Of a DNA stretch of 64,000 nt, positions 42,390 through 54,125 are shown piece by piece (the stretch's first letter is position 1; the number at the start of each line of letters is the position of its first letter). Made by a program: the position numbers and the translations under genes. This DNA is from Eledone cirrhosa. Lineage: Eukaryota. A model generated the notes under the pieces. It saw only the letters and a program-made list of their open reading frames with translations. It was not told where the DNA came from and searched no databases. The stretch lies in contig OZ024746.1 in NCBI GenBank assembly GCA_964016885.1, forward strand, positions 75,578,001 through 75,642,000, written 5' to 3'.

Positions 42390-42765
42390 GATATGACCCT
42401 GGTAGATCTAAAGTGGACCTCGGTGAGATCTTGGGTGGGTCCCGAATAGATGTAGGAGGTATCTCAGGTAGGTAGGTATATGGTAGATTTAAGGTTGATC
42501 GCTGGTAGATATCGTGTGGACCTCGGGTAGTTCTCAGATGGACCCTGGCTAAATGTAGTGTGAATCCAGAGTAAATCTCGGGTGGATCCCGAATAAATCA
42601 TGGGTTGGCGTTGGCCCCGGATAAATCTAGCGTGTCTCGGATAGATTTCTGGTAGATCATTAGTAGGCCCCGGGTAGTACTAGGGCGGGTCACGTGTAAA
42701 TCTAGTCTGGGTTCCGATGGATTACGGGTAGATTTATCGTAGATACCGGGTAAATCTAGGATAGA
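42390..42765. repeat. Old, diverged tandem repeat of about 22 bp
   Basis: Recurrent GGTAGATCT/GTAAATCT...GGACC motifs. Confidence 0.6.
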
Positions 42766-42775
42766 GCTAAGCTGT

Positions 42776-42819
<44 letters not shown>

Positions 42820-43628
42820 TTTATTGGCTGCAGTCATGCTGGGGCACCGCCTTGAAGGGATTTTTGTCGATCAAATTGACCCAAGTATTTTTTTCAAGTT
42901 TGGTGCTTTTTATTCGATCTCTTTTTGTCGAACCGCTAGGTTACGGAACATAAACAGTAAACGTTATGATGTGCGTGTGTGTGTTTTTGTTTAATTGTGC
43001 AGGCAGTGTGTTTCGTAGAGATGTATATAGTAGTAGAGTATATGTGTGTGATGTGAAATGTTTTAAGACAGAGAATAAGAAAGATGTTAAGGGGTTATAG
43101 GACGGCGGTGTTGTGTGGCGAGAGTTGGGTTAGTGACGTTGTAGGGCAGGTGAGTGTGTGGCGAAATTATGGAACGGTGAGTCGGGCAGTGCGGTTGTTG
43201 GACAGGTAAGTGTGGTGGTGTTGGGGGGGGGGGGGTAGATGAATATGGAGATGTGTAGAATGAATGTGAAAGAGAGAGAGAGAGACGAATAAAGTAAATG
43301 AATGTCTAGTGATGTTGATATTGATGTTGATGGTGATATTGATGATGATGATTATGGTGATGTTGATGTTGATGATGATTATGGTGATGTTGATGATAAT
43401 TGTAGTGATGGTTATGATATTGATAACGATAATGATAATTGTAGTGATGGTGGTGATAGTGATGATGATGATGGTGGTGGTGGTGATAGTGATGATAATA
43501 GTGGTGGTGAGGAGGATGAGGTAGTTAAGGTGATTAGTATAATGATGGTGAAGGTGGCTTCAGATGACCAGTGGTCACTATTGTTTAATATTACGTAAAA
43601 AGGATATATATTATGTGTGTGTGTGTAT

Positions 43629-43856
43629 GGTGACTGCCAACTCGTTTTCGAGTACGGCCACTACTTTATATCCATGTAGGAGAACTCCTACCGATGCGCT
43701 GAACGAGTGTGACTTTTTAGTCCAGCCAGCGACTTGAAAACTCTGGTACAAACACTACACTTGTGACAATTACTGACACATTGTGCTGGACCCATGGTAC
43801 CATGTGACGACAAATGCAGAGATCTCCAGATATAAAGCAATGCCTGTGCCGTGAAG

Positions 43857-43860
<4 letters not shown>
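43629..43860 (-). mobile_element. RTE LINE 3' end (C2H2 finger)
   Basis: ORF tail CSVCTRVFKSLAGLKSHTRSAHR; homologous to 13815-14050. Confidence 0.75.
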
Positions 43861-43905
<45 letters not shown>

Positions 43906-44027
43906 AGGAGGTGAGTTTTATTGTAGTACAATAAAGCAATGCAGATATCGGATAAGAAGCACTCTACAGTTTGTAGGACTGGAGTATACATAATATAAGA
44001 TCAAAAGATGGTTAAAGGAGTTCCATG

Positions 44028-44096
44028 TATTTTATTATGCGCATTTCAAAAACAAACATCATCATGCAATAATAGTTGTTTTCATCAGATAAAACA
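44028..44096 (-). ncRNA. Type I hammerhead ribozyme (left arm)
   Basis: Reverse complement of the 44217-44287 HHR. Confidence 0.8.
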
Positions 44097-44216
44097 GGAG
44101 AACATGATATGAAGGCTAAAAAACACTTGTGGATAGTGCAGTTTTAAATCAACATATATGTTGATTTAAAACTGCACTATCCACAAGTGTTTTTTAGCCT
44201 TCATATCATGTTCTCC

Positions 44217-44287
44217 TGTTTTATCTGATGAAAACACAAATATTATTGCATGATGATGTTTGTTTTTGAAATGCGCATAATAAAATA
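44217..44287 (+). ncRNA. Type I hammerhead ribozyme (right arm, sense to the host gene)
   Basis: UGUUUUAU-CUGAUGA-AAACACAAAUA.../...UGUUUGUUUUU-GAAA-UGCGCA-UA|AUAAAAUA, with palindromic stem III (AUGCGCAU). Confidence 0.85.
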
Positions 44288-44317
44288 CATGGAACTCCTT
44301 TAACCATCTTTTGATCT

Positions 44318-44372
<55 letters not shown>

Positions 44373-44883
44373 ACTGAACAAGGTGGAAGAACGTATGTGT
44401 GGCTTGGGTGTTTTATGTGTAGAGAAGCTGGACAGTGCCCTCAAGTCACAGGTGAACTACAAACATGCATACATACACACTCTCATGTTTCTCTCCCCCC
44501 CCCCCCTCTCTATCTATCTCTATCTTTATCCCCTTCTCTGTCCCTCTTCCTACTTCTCCCTACCTTTCCATACCCCTATACTACGTCTCCTCTTCCTCCC
44601 CCCCCCCTCTCTCTCTCCCATTCACTCACATACCTTTCTTCTCTCCCTCTTCTTGCCTCTTTCTCTCCTCTCTCCCTTTCTGTCTGCCCCCCCCCTCTCT
44701 CTCTCTCTCTCTCTTTGCTCTTCACCCTTTCTATTTCCTTCTCTTTATCTCACTCACTCTCCAGTCATATACATTCACCGTCTCTCATTTGTCTTCTTTC
44801 TCTCCACAGATTCCAATCTTGCCCTCTGGCCTCAGCCAGTATGGTTATTAAGTCTACGAAACAAGTTCAATTCCAGGAAGACA

Positions 44884-45865
44884 ATGAACAAAATATTTTT
44901 CTCAACACTAATCTACACTACATTCATCTTGTTGTCAGTGGCGACGGTGTCGTCGTCGGAACTGGTCAACGTTACAACGTCGCCGACGCTAGAGGCCATC
45001 GGTGACGACAGACTCTTACTGCTACCCGAGGGTACGCAGCCCGTCGCCGCCGACGCTTCTGAAACCGATACGAATCGGTCAGATTCGAACCCTGCATTGT
45101 TGGTGGCCAGAGAGCCGATGAAAGAGACTGTGAGTAACTACAGCGCACCGCCCCCTGCGCTCTACCTACGAGAGCAAGTCAATGTAACAGAACGTCGCTG
45201 GCTTGTGTCGCAACAACAGCGACGACACAATGACAGTTATTTGAAAACCAGCGGGAGGGAGGGCAGCAATGGACGAGGTACTGCTGAAGTGGTGAAACGC
45301 CGTCGTTTTTATGGCCAACCACAGAACTATGTTCAGTACCAACGCAAAACTATCATTAGAAAACATCCTCCCCCTGAAACCGAACCTAAAGACATTTCTC
45401 ATCTATTATCATCAACAGATTTGTCAAACAAAACTTCGACGGGTTCAAACCCAAGCCCTTTCGGCGCTGATGCCGACGGCCTCACCGTCAATTCAACTGC
45501 TGAACCTTACGTTGCACTGTTTAATTCGTCGTCATCGTTGGCACCCTGGGTGCTGCTCCCCTTGCCTTCGTCGTCAGCTGTCGACGTGTTGTGTCCCCCC
45601 TGTGACTCCACCAGATGTCCTCATGAAGGCGGAACTTATTTACGGTGCCCGGCTCAGCTGAGGATTAAGGACGACTGTGGTTGTTGTGTGGTTTGCCTAC
45701 ATGGTCTGCACCAATCGTGCGGAGGGATGTACCAGATATTGGGCAAATGCCGGGTAGGTTTAGAATGCATACCTACTAAGAATACCGATTTTTCAGCTTT
45801 GCGTCTACCTTCTGGAAATACGGAGAAACCACGTCCCTTTTTTGAAGGGACGTGTCAACTAAAAG
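44884..45865 (+). CDS. First coding exon of a secreted or cell-surface IGFBP-domain protein (CRIM1-like or IGFBP-related)
   Basis: Polypyrimidine tract and CAG| acceptor at 44809/44810. ATG at 44884 begins the signal peptide MNKIFFSTLIYTTFILLSVATVSS. The 12-Cys IGFBP domain reads CPPC..C..C..CGCCVVC..CGG....GKCRVGLEC..GTC. The phase-1 donor is AG|GTAAGT at 45865/45866. Confidence 0.88.
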
Positions 45866-46068
45866 GTAAGTCTATCTATTTTTGCTCCTATATTTCTTGA
45901 ACCTGGGGGTTAACACTTTCGATGTTTCCTACAAAAGACTTCAACTTCCATCTCTCCATCTACCTTACACTCACACATGTGTGTGTGTATAATGTATGTA
46001 TGTTGTTACAGCCCACGCTTAGGTATGTTTAGCTGACCCGAGACGAGGCTGCATCTCATAAGAAGTTT

Positions 46069-46143
<75 letters not shown>

Positions 46144-46639
46144 ATGAGAAGAATTGAGTGCTGCATGGTTGCACATGGGTTACATATGAAAAAAATATTT
46201 CTTCATCGGTGATTTTCCAACCTTCATTGGTATTTCATCGCTTATAACCGCTTAGTATATACAAACGCAAATTTGAATAACTAATACCAAAATACAGATT
46301 AACAGTGACTTGCTACTCTGTTACTCTACAGGTTTACTGTCAGGAATCGGTGGCACGCCGAGGTAGAGGACTCCAGAGTTGCAGGTGGCTGAATCAGCTT
46401 AAATCTCTCTGCGCGTAGGACTGGAAGTTTCTGGAGGCTTATTCAAATTGTTGCGTAATTTGAATGAGTCCTTTCATCAGCAAATGTTTCTTGTTATTTA
46501 TAACTGAAAAACCCTGACATACATACACACACACGCGCACACAGATACACAGACACACACACAGACACACAGATACACAGACACACACACAGACACACAC
46601 ACAGACACACACACAGACACACACACAGACACACACACA

Positions 46640-46684
<45 letters not shown>

Positions 46685-46695
46685 ACACACACACA

Positions 46696-46750
<55 letters not shown>

Positions 46751-47104
46751 ACGCACACACACAGAGACGCACACACACAGAGACGCACACACACAGAGAC
46801 ACACACACACAGAGACACAGACACACACATACAGACACACAGACACACATATATAAAATTGCTTTTTACATCGTTTTTTCCCATGTGTATATGTGTGTGC
46901 TCGCATGCGTGCACAGCGGGCTGGATGTCAACAACCAACAAACGAGATTGATCTAAGCCGAAATTTATTTCTTTTGTTTGATCATTTGTTATTTTCTATG
47001 TTCACACCTATTACAGTTGTTTGTGTGAGAATATATCACACACTCATATGTATATTGCTTTTATGTGTGTGTGTGTATATGTATATATATATATATAGTT
47101 CCAC

Positions 47105-47173
47105 ATATTTTATGCGCATTTCAAAAACAAATATCATCCTTGAACGATAATTGCGTTCTCATCAGATAAAATA
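47105..47173 (-). ncRNA. Type I hammerhead (same family as 44217), intronic
   Basis: UAUUUUAU-CUGAUGA-stem II-GAAA-UGCGCA-UA. The 3' strand of stem I is shortened. Confidence 0.65.
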
Positions 47174-47285
47174 AGGTAACATATGATGCCTAAAAACACT
47201 TGTGAACAAGAAAGTGTCCAGTCAACATATATATATATATATGTGTGTGTGTGTACAAACACAAGCATATTGAACATACATATAT

Positions 47286-47467
47286 TTGCCAGTATCGATA
47301 GAGGGTCGGACGCCATGCTTTGTAGCATAGAGTTATGTCCTTTTACGGTCTAGGTTCAAATTCTGCCACGGTTAACTTTGCCTTTCATCCTTATGGAGTT
47401 GATAAAATAAAGTACCAGTGATGTACTGGATAATTGCTGGCCTTGTGCCAAAAGGAAAACAATTATT
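47286..47467 (+). mobile_element. SINE family A
   Basis: A/B boxes, core and tail. Confidence 0.8.
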
Positions 47468-47821
47468 ATAGGGATATTTTTGCCCTGCGTTTAAGCTTAT
47501 ACCGTTCAGTATAACCTTAACAAAGAATCCTAATAATGTCTACACTCTACTTTAAGTATAGAATGCTAAGTTGAATTTTGGCTTCACTGGGTTTAACTAC
47601 AAGTATCTCATCTCCTAGCAGATTAATCCTGCGTGAACCCTCAATCTTCAGCCTTTATGATTAACTGTTTCTGTTACGCTTTATCGTATAGATGCCATCA
47701 TGAAACTCTGAGTACCAACGAAAACATGCATAGTTGCCATGTATTTTAAGTAATATGAAGTACCTTGTATGTTTACTTACATATCGAGGTCTGGTTTTTT
47801 CATAATTGCAATTCACGCTCA

Positions 47822-47861
<40 letters not shown>

Positions 47862-47929
47862 TTACATATAAACTTACTTTTTGTGTGAACAAAGTTGAAT
47901 GTGAGTGCAAATATATACTTATATATCTT

Positions 47930-47983
<54 letters not shown>

Positions 47984-48639
47984 GTGTGTGTGTGTGTGTG
48001 AATAATAACAGCATAAAAACTAATATTTTTCTTCCATATAAAACATACAAAAACCTCACTCGGTAAACTTTTCATGAAATTCCATATATGGTACAGTTTA
48101 AAAACCAGTTCTAACAACAATGGATGTTTGCTGGGATGGTAGTAGTTGTGAGTGGTGGGGTATATAGTCAAGATACAGGACAGAGGGAGACAGGCATGAT
48201 GATTGTGTGTGTGTGTATCTGTGTGCGTGTGTTTATATATGTATGTGTGTGTATATATAAATATATATTCTGTATCTTATATATATATATATATGAGAGA
48301 GAGAGAAACTAATTTACACCAATTATATACAACAGTAGTGGACTTTTTTCTCTGATTTCCGTTTTTTTTATGTAATAATAATTAAACGGTGTCGGTGGCG
48401 GTGTAGTGGTGACGTGTGGTGCTGAGGTGGAAAGGAAGAGTGTGAGGTATTTTCAGACTAAATGTCACTTTGATGTCTTTAGTGTTTGTCTGTCTATCTC
48501 TCTGTCTTGTTGGTAGGTTGAAATATCGCTTTCATCTCATCTATTCAGGGTCGTTAGAGTAAGTACTAGTTATTAAATACGCTGGTAATTGGTACATTGG
48601 AGTTGATGCGTGTGTATATATATTTACATATATATGTAT

Positions 48640-48693
<54 letters not shown>

Positions 48694-49209
48694 GAAACGT
48701 TAATACAGATGTTACATAATCGTATTTATTGGATAATACGCATTACAGTGACACCATTGTGGAGAGCTGTTATGCGATCATTACAACAGCGACTGGTACC
48801 TGTGTGACATCATCAGATGTTAACACAATTCCGTCAAGGAGTTAATATGCTTCAGGCAAATGCTTCCATTTTTTTGCAGAAGTCCAATGGACATACGTCT
48901 CGCAAATGTGTTTTTCTTTTCGTTTTTGTGTGCTATTGGTATCTATTTTCTCACTAATCAACACATCCTAGATTTTACGGAATCTACCAATGCTTCAGCC
49001 TCCCTCAGCACCTCATCCCCTTCATTGAGGCAATCTTCTTGGTATAAGTTTTGTTGGATTGCTTCAATTTCTGCGGTTAGTTTAACACTGTAGAGCAACC
49101 ACAATATAGGGTTGTCAAGGTGTTAGTATACTGCATCTGTTTTGGTATGTTGCTTTCTGGTGGTGTTTTAGTGTTTCATCTATATTGTAGATTATATGTA
49201 GCATTAGTG

Positions 49210-49696
49210 TGTTGTAGAGTATGTGTAATCTCAGTTACTATGTTGTAGAGTATGTGTAATGTTAGTTTATCTATGTTGTAGAGTATGTGTAATCTCAGTT
49301 ACTATGTTGTAGAGTATGTGTAATGTTAGTTTATCTATGTTGTAGAGTATGTGTAATCTCAGTTACTATGTTGTAGAGTATGTGTAATCTCAGTTACTAT
49401 GTTGTAGAGTATGTGTAATCTCAATTACTATGTTGTAGAGTATGTGTAATGTTAGTTTATCTATGTTGTAGAGTATGTGTAATCTCAATTACTATGTTGT
49501 AGAGTATGTGTAATGTTAGTTTATCTATGTTGTAGAGTATGTGTAATCTCAGTTACTATGTTGTAGAGTATGTGTAATGTTAGTTTATCTATGTTGTAGA
49601 GTATGTGTAATCTCAGTTACTATGTTGTAGAGTATGTGTAATCTCAGTTACTATGTTGTAGAGTATGTGTAATGTTAGTTTATCTATGTTGTAGAG
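49210..49696. repeat. Minisatellite with interleaved 31-bp and 33-bp variants (about 15 units)
   Basis: TATGTTGTAGAGTATGTGTAAT followed by either CTCAGTTAC or GTTAGTTTATC. Confidence 0.95.
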
Positions 49697-49759
49697 TTCA
49701 GAGCAGAATTTACAAAACGTTTTTTCCGACCACCTCTGATATCATGTCTCTATACTCTC

Positions 49760-50540
49760 ACCTCTCGTGTCGCATGTCTCTACATTCCCACAACCTCTCG
49801 TGTCACATTTCTCTACATTCCCACAACCTCTCGTGTCACATGTCTCTACATTCCCACAACCTCCTGTGCGCATGTCTCTACATTCCCACAACCTCCCGTC
49901 ACGCATTTCTCTACATTCCCACAACCTCCCGTGTCGCATGTCTCTACATTCCCACAACCTCTCGTGTCGCATGTCTCTACATTCCCACAACCTCTCGTGT
50001 CACATGTCTCTACATTCCCACAACCTCCCGTGTCACATGTCTCTACATTCCCACAACCTCCCGTGTCACATGTCTCTACATTCCCACAACCTCCCGTGTC
50101 ACATGTCTCTACATTCCCACAACCTCCCGTGTCACATGTCTCTACATTCCCACAACCTCCCGTGTCACATTTCTCTACATTCCCACAACCTCCCGTGTCA
50201 CATGTCTCTACATTCCCACAACCTCCCGTGTCACATGTCTCTACATTCCCACAACCTCCCGTGTCGCATGTCTCTACATTCCCACAACCTCAGGTGTCGC
50301 ATGTCTCTACATTCCCACAACCTCCCGTGTCGCATGTCTCTACATTCCCACAACCTCCCGTGTCACATGTCTCTACATTCCCACAACCTGTCGTGTCGCA
50401 TGTCTCTACATTCCCACAACCTCCCGTGTCGCATGTCTCTACATTCCCACAACCTCCCGTATCACATGTCTCTACATTCACACAACGTCTGATATCACAT
50501 GTCTCTACATTCCAACAATCTCTCGTATCACATTCTCTAT
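49760..50540. repeat. 33-bp minisatellite (about 23 units)
   Basis: CACATGTCTCTACATTCCCACAACCTCCCGTGT. Confidence 0.95.
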
Positions 50541-51599
50541 ACTCCCACGATGTACCTATAGTGCCACTGTCTCTAATTTCACATGACTGATCCCGATGTC
50601 TGATCTACAGAACGAATACAAACCTCTGAACTGAAAGTTAACTCTCTCTCTCTCTCTCTCTCAATCCAAAGGTTAAGGGCTGAAAAGGCCATGAACATAG
50701 ACCATCTACACTAACCAATAAAGTAGATGGTCCTCCGTCTGTTTGTCGATGAGTGTTGCAGTTGTTCGATAAGCTAAACGTCCGACTTACGCCTTAAATT
50801 AACATGTAAGTGGCTGAGTATTCCACGGTCACTTGTACTTTCGATGCAGTTCTCATGTACAAAGTAAGTAACAAGGGTAGACTTTTGAATTACAGGTGCA
50901 TTCCATTAAAATTGGGGTTCCTATTATTATAACACCCAACCAAACTCCTCTTAGGAGCCCGGCTAAACCTATTCAAATAAGAACTGAAATAACAATATTA
51001 GGCTTCGATATAGTTTTTTAAAAAAACATGCTCATGATGTCTCATAATGGAATCGAACCCGAACCTTTATGATCGTGAAGTAAACCTCTTAACCATTCAG
51101 TGATGCCGCATCCTCCCACTAACCAATATAAACGGATTGATAGCTGTACATTTGTTTATTTACCCGACGGCCCAAGTGTCTATTAACCAGATGCAGCTTA
51201 AATAACTATACTCGGGAGTTGTATTGCTTGGTAACCGTTTGTTTATTTTCCCGGTGTTCATTAAAGTATTTATTTGCCCGTATATTCGTCGCCTTGTCTA
51301 TCCGTTGCTTGTTAACATGTTTATTTACTCGGTTCTAGTTTATTTATCCGGTGATCTTTCATATATTTAGCTACTTGTTATTTCGTAAGCAAATTTATAG
51401 ACACAGTTATTTACACGCCTGCGTTCCTATTTGCTCGATGGTATTTGAATCTATTTTTATGGTGAATGGAAAGTTAGTGTTTTGCAATTTTCCGGCATTC
51501 CTCAGTACGAAGAATTGCGATGTTGTTGTTTAGCTCCAGGTCAGCTCTGATCTTTCAGACCTGTAATCAAAGTTGTTCCAGCCATGGCTATCTCATCAT

Positions 51600-51915
51600 T
51601 TACTCTGGAACTACATTATCCATTGAAACTCTCCAACCTTTGGTCCACCGATATGCTGTCTCTTACTTCTGCCTTTAGCTACCGTTACTACAATGTTCTC
51701 TGTTCCTCGGAGTTTGCTAGTCTCATACCACCTTCACTCATCTCCCCTCATAATCCATGTTGTTTCCAACACACCAGACCTCACATTAGCCACTACGCCC
51801 TGTGCGGAATGTTGGCTCTATGGAACACCTTTTCTGCCCTTGTCTTTCCAAAAGGGATTGACCGCCAACAGTTTAAACAAAACATAAACATAGGCATCGA
51901 TCTCTCTGGTGTCCG
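51600..51915 (+). mobile_element. Degenerate CR1/L2/Jockey-group LINE RT C-terminus
   Basis: YRYYNVLCSSEFASLIPP...LWNTFSALVFPKGIDRQQFKQNIN. Confidence 0.55.
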
Positions 51916-52489
51916 ATAACCTAAGAAGCGCATGGACACTGTTCATATGTCGAGACTTGCCAATTAAAAATATATCTTTTTTTAAGACGGGGCTGAAGTT
52001 TGGGAGATATTTGTCTGCTAGTTCTAGCAAGTCGGCTGACCATGGTAGTGAACCAGTTATCGATCTGCTCCTTTGTTGCAGGTCCCCCTTCCACAACATC
52101 TCAAGGAATCCACGGACGCATAGATTCCTTGTTCCGATCTGGCGATCGGCACCCTTTCCTTCTCATCCCTTAAAAACAGTGCTAGATTAGACTAGCAATC
52201 CGCCTAGACCGCTAGCTATCCGACACTGCTTAAAAATATAATAGCTAAGTTGTTGATGAGTGGGGGCGGGGGTTCACTTTAAAGTTTGATAACGAAATTG
52301 AGGTACTTGAAACTAGTGTCTCTCTTCTTCTGGTGAGTTAATTCTGTAACAATGTAAGATACGGGAGTATTTATCTACCCTTTCTTGACCGCATGAAGAG
52401 ATTTGAGACTTAATCGTTATTCCACAGATTCAGTCGTCAGAAAGTTACTAATACGTTCAAGCGACTGACAGGTCTTGTCCAAATAACTG

Positions 52490-52835
52490 ACAGATCTTGA
52501 TACTTTGTTTATCGACCTCGAAAATTTAAAATTGAATGCTCAAAGTTGACCACGATGTGATTTGGACTCACGGCGTCGAAACAATTACTTCAAAGCATTC
52601 TATCTGACACCCTAACAACTCGGCCAATTTACCCTTTATGCCATATGTTATTGACAGAAACATTAGAACATCGGACACAATGTCTTACGGTATTTATTCC
52701 GTCTCTCTGCGTTCTTGAGTTCAAATCCCATCCATGGCAAATTTTCCTTTTATTCAAGCGGAGTGGTTAAATTAAGTACCAGTCGTGTTCTGGGCTCAAC
52801 AACATTTACTACAAATTTGAAGTCTTGTTTCTAAG
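52490..52835. mobile_element. Two diverged SINE family A copies, head to head
   Basis: A minus-strand copy at about 52490-52635 and a plus-strand copy at about 52640-52835 (GAGTTCAAATCCC...AAGTACCAGT). Confidence 0.55.
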
Positions 52836-53429
52836 AAACCAATATATTAACAATATATACATATATTCAAATATGTGCTGATATACGTGTGTGTGTACAC
52901 ATGCAAATATGTGCTGATATATATCTATACATACACACACTTATTTTAGTTTACTCTGTTATTGTGTTTGACAGCCAACACCGTCCCGTCCCCTCGCGCG
53001 CACTATCACCACTTCATTCCCCTTACCCCACCCTGTTTTCACCAACCAAATTCCTTACTCTAGAAAGAGAGAGCGATAGGAAAAGATAGGGTGATGTTTA
53101 AACGGCAATCAGCGATGTTATGTCAGAATGTGTGTGTGAGAGCATGCGTTAGCGCGCGCGCGTTTAAACAGCAATCATGTTACATCAGTATGTGTGCGTG
53201 CGCACACACGTGTGTGTGTGTGTGCATGTTTTAAACAGCAATCGTAGCTGTTATGTCACATATCAGTGGGAAGGTATTTCCGGTTTGTTGTAGTGGCTGG
53301 GAAGGAATGGGGCGTGAATGTGTAGGCGGTCGTAATATTTGATTGGTGGTGGTGGTGGTAGTAGTAGTATTGTGGTTGTTATTGAAGTGTGTGGTGGTAG
53401 TGGTGTTTTTATTGTGGTAATGGTGGTGG

Positions 53430-54125
53430 TGGTGGTGCTGCGGTTGCTATTGAGGGGTGTTGTGGTAATAGTGGTGATATTGCGGTTGCTATTGAGGGGT
53501 GTTGTGGTAATAGTGGTGGTGGTGATATTGCGGTTGCTATTGAGGTGTGTTGTGGTGGTGGTGCTGCGGTTGCGGTGCTGCGGTTGCTATTGAGGGGTGT
53601 TGTGGTAATAGTGGTGGTGGTGATATTGCGGTTGCTATTGAGGTGTATTGTGGTGGTGGTGCTGCGGTTGCGGTGCTGCGGTTGCTATTGAGGGGTGTTG
53701 TGGTAATAGTGGTGGTGGTGGTGATGTTGCGGTTGTTATTGAGGTGTTGTGGTGGTGGTGCTGCGGTTGCTATTGAGGTGTGTTGTGGTAATGGTGATGG
53801 TGGTGCTGCGGTGGCTATTGAGGTGTGTTGTGGTAATGGTGATGGTGGTGCTGCGGTTGCTATTGAGGGGTGTTGTGGTAATGGTGATGGTGGTGCTGCG
53901 GTTGCTATTGAGGGGTGTTGTGGTAATGGTGATGGTGGTGCTGCGGTTGCTATTGAGGGGTGTTGTGGTAATGGTGATGGTGGTGCTGCGGTTGCTATTG
54001 AGGTGTGGTGGTGATGGTGGTGCTGCGGTTGCTATTGATGGGTGTTGTGGTGGTGGTGCTGCGGTTGCTATTGAGGTGTGTTGTGGTTATTGTGTGGTGG
54101 TGCTGGTCCGGTTGCTATTGAGAGG
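53430..54125. repeat. GT-rich minisatellite of about 45 bp
   Basis: GGTGCTGCGGTTGCTATTGAGGGGTGTTGTGGTAATGGTGATGGT. Confidence 0.9.

Larger units (their letters stand above)
43990..44325. repeat. Near-perfect spacerless 335-bp palindrome with a hammerhead on each strand
   Basis: Centre AACATATATGTT at 44151-44162. The arms differ only by a small indel or substitution in stem II. Confidence 0.95.

Noticed and set aside
43302-43598. Asp-rich ORF
   Set aside because: It is a degenerate (GAT)n microsatellite with no splice or domain support.
44311-44883. N-terminal part of the 529-aa ORF
   Set aside because: It is TA repeat and polypyrimidine intron sequence upstream of the 44810 acceptor plus 5' UTR. 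The plausible start is the ATG at 44884.
46320-46440. Possible second exon after the TTACTCTACAG acceptor
   Set aside because: The in-frame continuation stops after about 11 codons and encodes no Cys-rich domain.
49210-49696. CRISPR-like repeat-spacer appearance
   Set aside because: The spacers are only two recurring 9-11 bp variants, there are no cas genes, and the context is eukaryotic.
49672-50590. Long repetitive ORFs in three frames
   Set aside because: They are a by-product of a 33-bp stop-free minisatellite.
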